Source: Bdellovibrionota bacterium (lineage in GTDB: Bacteria; Bdellovibrionota_C; UBA2361). From it: a stretch of DNA of 10,429 nucleotides. The number at the start of each line of letters is the position of its first letter. Positions within the stretch are counted from its first letter, which is position 1. Location of the stretch: assembly GCA_044352465.1 (NCBI GenBank), contig JBILDU010000102.1, positions 1 through 10,429 of the forward strand, in the 5' to 3' direction. The position numbers and the translations under genes are program-made. The notes under the pieces are model-generated. The model ran no database searches and had not been told where the DNA came from. It was given only the letters and a program-made list of their open reading frames with translations. Shown here piece after piece: positions 7,757 through 10,429 of this stretch.

Positions 7757-8767
7757 CTAGCCTTGAAAAACCGTAGCTATCTTTTCGGCGAGAGCGAGGT
7801 ATTTTTGCGGATCCTTCGGCCGCCCATCGACCAGTACCTCGTAGTGGAGGTGGGGACCGGTCGAGTGACCCGAGGAACCTACCCGCCCCACAACGGTCCC
7901 CCGATGAACCTTATCCCCCTCGGCGACAAGCGCCTTTGAGAGGTGGGCGTATCGAGAGATGACTCGGTCGGTGTGTTCGACATCGATAACGAGTCCGTAC
8001 GTCGAGTTGCGCTTGACGGACCGAACAACGCCGTCGCCGGTTGAGTACACACTCGAGCCGTGGGGCAACGATATGTCGATCCCTTGGTGGAGCTTCACTT
8101 TTGCTGGGTTAAAAGGCGAATTCCGGTAGCCGTACCCCGAGCTCAAACGTCCCCGGGCAGGCGGTGCCAGAGGGAATGCACGGAGCGCCGCGATATAACC
8201 ATCCAGGAGCGCCACGAGCTCGGCCTGCGAGTGGGCGCTCAGAGCGATATCCCGTCTCATCGCCGCGGGTGAAAGCATCGCGAGCGGCCCATCGAGTGGC
8301 GAGGAGACGTCGCTCACACACTTCTCAAGACCTTCGCCACAATCTGCCTCGGCGCCCCCCATGCCGTCTTTTTTGGTCACTTCACCCTTCGTATCGGGAA
8401 GACCGAGGGACCGGGAGGCCTCAAGGACCGAGGCGAGCTCTTGGAGCCGTTCTTTGATGTTGTTCTCGTATACTTGGGCTCTGCCTGTCTCGCTCTTGAG
8501 CGACTCCAACTCGACCCGCAGTGCATCTTTTAGCGAGAGGAGCTCGTCCCGTTCCCGGGTTACCTGCTCCAGAAAGAAGAAATTTTTAGCCCTCAGAAGC
8601 TGCACGCGCGCGTAATCGCCTGCGGTAAAAGCAACAAGGAGGAATCCCACCGCTACCACGCCGAGCGTTCCCAGGATGAAGCGGGGCGAAAAGCGAAGTT
8701 TTCGCACACGTCCGTCGTGTGGTTGGATGAACCACAGGCAGTAATCTTTGTTCGCGGTCGGTTTCAT
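7757..8767 (-). CDS. M23 family zinc metallopeptidase (peptidoglycan endopeptidase-like) with N-terminal TM anchor and coiled coil
   Basis: C-terminal LytM domain with SSGYGYRNSPF, HQGID (HxxxD), YAHL and STGPHLHYEV (HxH). A hydrophobic anchor and heptad region precede it. I prefer the ATG at 8767, preceded by GGGGAAACGGT, over the TTG at 8785. Confidence 0.92.
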   Translation of the reverse strand: MKPTANKDYCLWFIQPHDGRVRKLRFSPRFILGTLGVVAVGFLLVAFTAGDYARVQLLRAKNFFFLEQVTRERDELLSLKDALRVELESLKSETGRAQVYENNIKERLQELASVLEASRSLGLPDTKGEVTKKDGMGGAEADCGEGLEKCVSDVSSPLDGPLAMLSPAAMRRDIALSAHSQAELVALLDGYIAALRAFPLAPPARGRLSSGYGYRNSPFNPAKVKLHQGIDISLPHGSSVYSTGDGVVRSVKRNSTYGLVIDVEHTDRVISRYAHLSKALVAEGDKVHRGTVVGRVGSSGHSTGPHLHYEVLVDGRPKDPQKYLALAEKIATVFQG

Positions 8768-8803
8768 ACCGTTTCCCCGAAGCAATCCGGGGCCGTTATC
8801 AAA

Positions 8804-8837
8804 TAAGCGCTAGGTTACGTTAAGCGCTGCATTACAT
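8804..8837. repeat. Imperfect 17-bp tandem repeat upstream of the M23 gene, possible operator
   Basis: TAAGCGCTAGGTTACGT followed by TAAGCGCTGCATTACAT (13/17 identical). Each copy carries the palindromic core AGCGCT. Confidence 0.45.
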
Positions 8838-9099
8838 TTCAAGGACGTTCCGTCCCTCCAAGGGTCGGTGGCAGCACCGGTCGATGGTTGAGGCGGCGGC
8901 TTACGTTCTCGCCGTTTAAATTTCCGCAGTTTGACCTAGCAGGAAGCTTCACCTTGTAGGAAGCGGGCCACGCAAAACTGCCTACATTACCTGGGCCATA
9001 AAGGCGGCCCCAGTGCCCACAAACGAACAAAACAAGCTACTTACTTACGAAATACTCCCTAAAAAATCAATCCGCAACGTCCCTCTTGAGTCACGCCCC

Positions 9100-10429
9100 C
9101 TACTTACTAACCGTCGTTTTAGATGCAAGAAGCTCCCGGGCTGACTCACGTGCTGCAGTTGATATGTCGTAACCAGCTAACATCCTTGCGATTTCATCAA
9201 CAACTGCGGAATCCTCAAGGCGCTCAATCCGACTCACCGCCCGCTTCCCGGAGCTCTTGGTAACCAAGAAATGGGCGTCTGCAAGGGAGGCTACTTGAGG
9301 CAAATGGGTGATACACAACACCTGGGAATCCCGGGAAAGCGCCTTTAACTTCTCCCCGACCGCTCGAGCCACCGAGCCGGATATGCCCGTATCTACCTCG
9401 TCAAAGACCAAAATATTGACCCCGGATCGGTCACGGAGGACCTTCTTGAGCACCAGAGTGAGTCGGGAGAGCTCTCCCCCCGAGGCGATGAGCTTCAGCG
9501 GCTTCACCGGCTCCCCCGGATTCGTGGCGATCAGTATCTCGGCCCGTTCGAGCCCAAGGGGGCTCGCCTCAGTTTCAGCCGCCAGCCGTACCTCAAGGGT
9601 CGCCCCCTCCATCGCCACCTCGCGGAGTTCGCTGCGCACATCCTTCGCAAGCTTCGCCGCAGCTTTCTCCCGGGAGCGGGTTAACTCTCTCCCAACATCG
9701 AACAGCCCCGTCCGAGCCTCCGCTACCGCCGCCTCAAGCCGTTCGATCGAAACGGTCTCACTCGGCCCAAGTTTCTCCACAGCGTCGCGCAACAGGTCGC
9801 TCAATCCTGCATCGTTCGTTCGATACTTCCGTTCGAGTCGGGCGATCTCGGCGAGTCGGCCGCGGGTTAACTCAAGCGCCTGTTCATCCACATCGACCCG
9901 GCGGATATGGGCTGAGAGATCATGCTCGAACTCAACGAATTCAGTTCGAATAGCCTGAAAGCGTCGGTTAAAATCATCGATCTCGACATCGAATGGTGCA
10001 ATCCGCTGAAGCTCTGCCGCGATCCGCGCCAGGTGATCGAGTGCGCCCCCCTCCGCCCCGCACATCTCCGCGATAGCCTGTCCACCGGCGATGATGTTCT
10101 CGGCGTGGCTCTGTTTTTTGACCTCGGCTTCGAGCTCTGACCGAAGCCCCGGGCGTAAACTGAGTGGAGAGAGCTCGCGCACGAGCTCTTCGAGTTCAGC
10201 TTGACGGGCGGCATCGGTGCGGGCGCGCACCTCCGCCCCCCGCAGCGCTGCGGTAGCCTCCCGCCACACCGCATAGCGCTCGCGGTATCGCCCCAGAAGC
10301 TCACCGTGGCCCGCATATCCATCGAGCAAGCTAACGTGATAGCTCGGATCGAGGAGTTTGAGTTGCTGGTTCTGGCCACAGATGTTGATGAGCCTCCCCG
10401 CGATCTCCTCTAAGAGCCCCACCGTTCCG
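9100..10429 (-). CDS. recN: DNA repair protein RecN, partial: N-terminus lies beyond the window end
   Basis: C-terminal ABC-ATPase motifs NPGEPVKPL..IASGGELSR, Walker B/D-loop LVFDEVDTGISG, CITHLPQVA and EIARML. A long coiled coil includes RLERKY. The frame stays open to the window edge and no Walker A is present, so the GTG at 10422 is internal. Confidence 0.96.
   Translation of the reverse strand, partial: GTVGLLEEIAGRLINICGQNQQLKLLDPSYHVSLLDGYAGHGELLGRYRERYAVWREATAALRGAEVRARTDAARQAELEELVRELSPLSLRPGLRSELEAEVKKQSHAENIIAGGQAIAEMCGAEGGALDHLARIAAELQRIAPFDVEIDDFNRRFQAIRTEFVEFEHDLSAHIRRVDVDEQALELTRGRLAEIARLERKYRTNDAGLSDLLRDAVEKLGPSETVSIERLEAAVAEARTGLFDVGRELTRSREKAAAKLAKDVRSELREVAMEGATLEVRLAAETEASPLGLERAEILIATNPGEPVKPLKLIASGGELSRLTLVLKKVLRDRSGVNILVFDEVDTGISGSVARAVGEKLKALSRDSQVLCITHLPQVASLADAHFLVTKSSGKRAVSRIERLEDSAVVDEIARMLAGYDISTAARESARELLASKTTVSK

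Noticed and set aside
7513..7776. 87-aa + strand ORF spanning the M23-SPFH intergenic region
   Set aside because: It overlaps both neighbours antisense, has no convincing RBS and has no recognisable domain.
8935..9000. GGGCCACGCAAAACTG on the + strand resembles the GGGACGCAAAGC segment of c-di-GMP-I riboswitches
   Set aside because: The upstream GGCAAA and GNRA-loop stem elements are missing, and it is antisense to the flanking genes.
8839..9030. 63-aa minus-strand ORF between recN and the M23 gene
   Set aside because: It has a TTG start without an SD-like sequence and no recognisable features.
9030..9100. Minus-strand GGGGGCGTGACTCAAGAGGGA right after the recN stop resembles a tRNA or tmRNA 5' end
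   Set aside because: There is no T-arm (GTTCGA), no matching acceptor-stem 3' half and no CCA end downstream.

Overview
Core-genome window with all credible genes on the minus strand. In transcription order: recN (5' part outside the window), a membrane-anchored M23 metallopeptidase, two tandem SPFH/band-7 (HflK/HflC-like) genes, mdh, sdhC, sdhA, sdhB and sucC (3' part outside the window). The succinate dehydrogenase is the Bacillus-like type B enzyme with a single diheme anchor. I found no mobile element, CRISPR array, tRNA or rRNA, and no clear-cut new system. The best leads are: (i) a tightly coupled SPFH pair, one TM-anchored and one with a lipoprotein signal, directly upstream of the mdh-sdh-suc cluster rather than next to hflX/ftsH; (ii) a His-rich NGH-repeat extension on SdhB; (iii) a recurring (GAGA)ACGGT-ATG motif at several start codons; (iv) two hairpin-rich intergenic regions that may be structured RNAs. 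The functional interpretations are hypotheses and no database searches were run.
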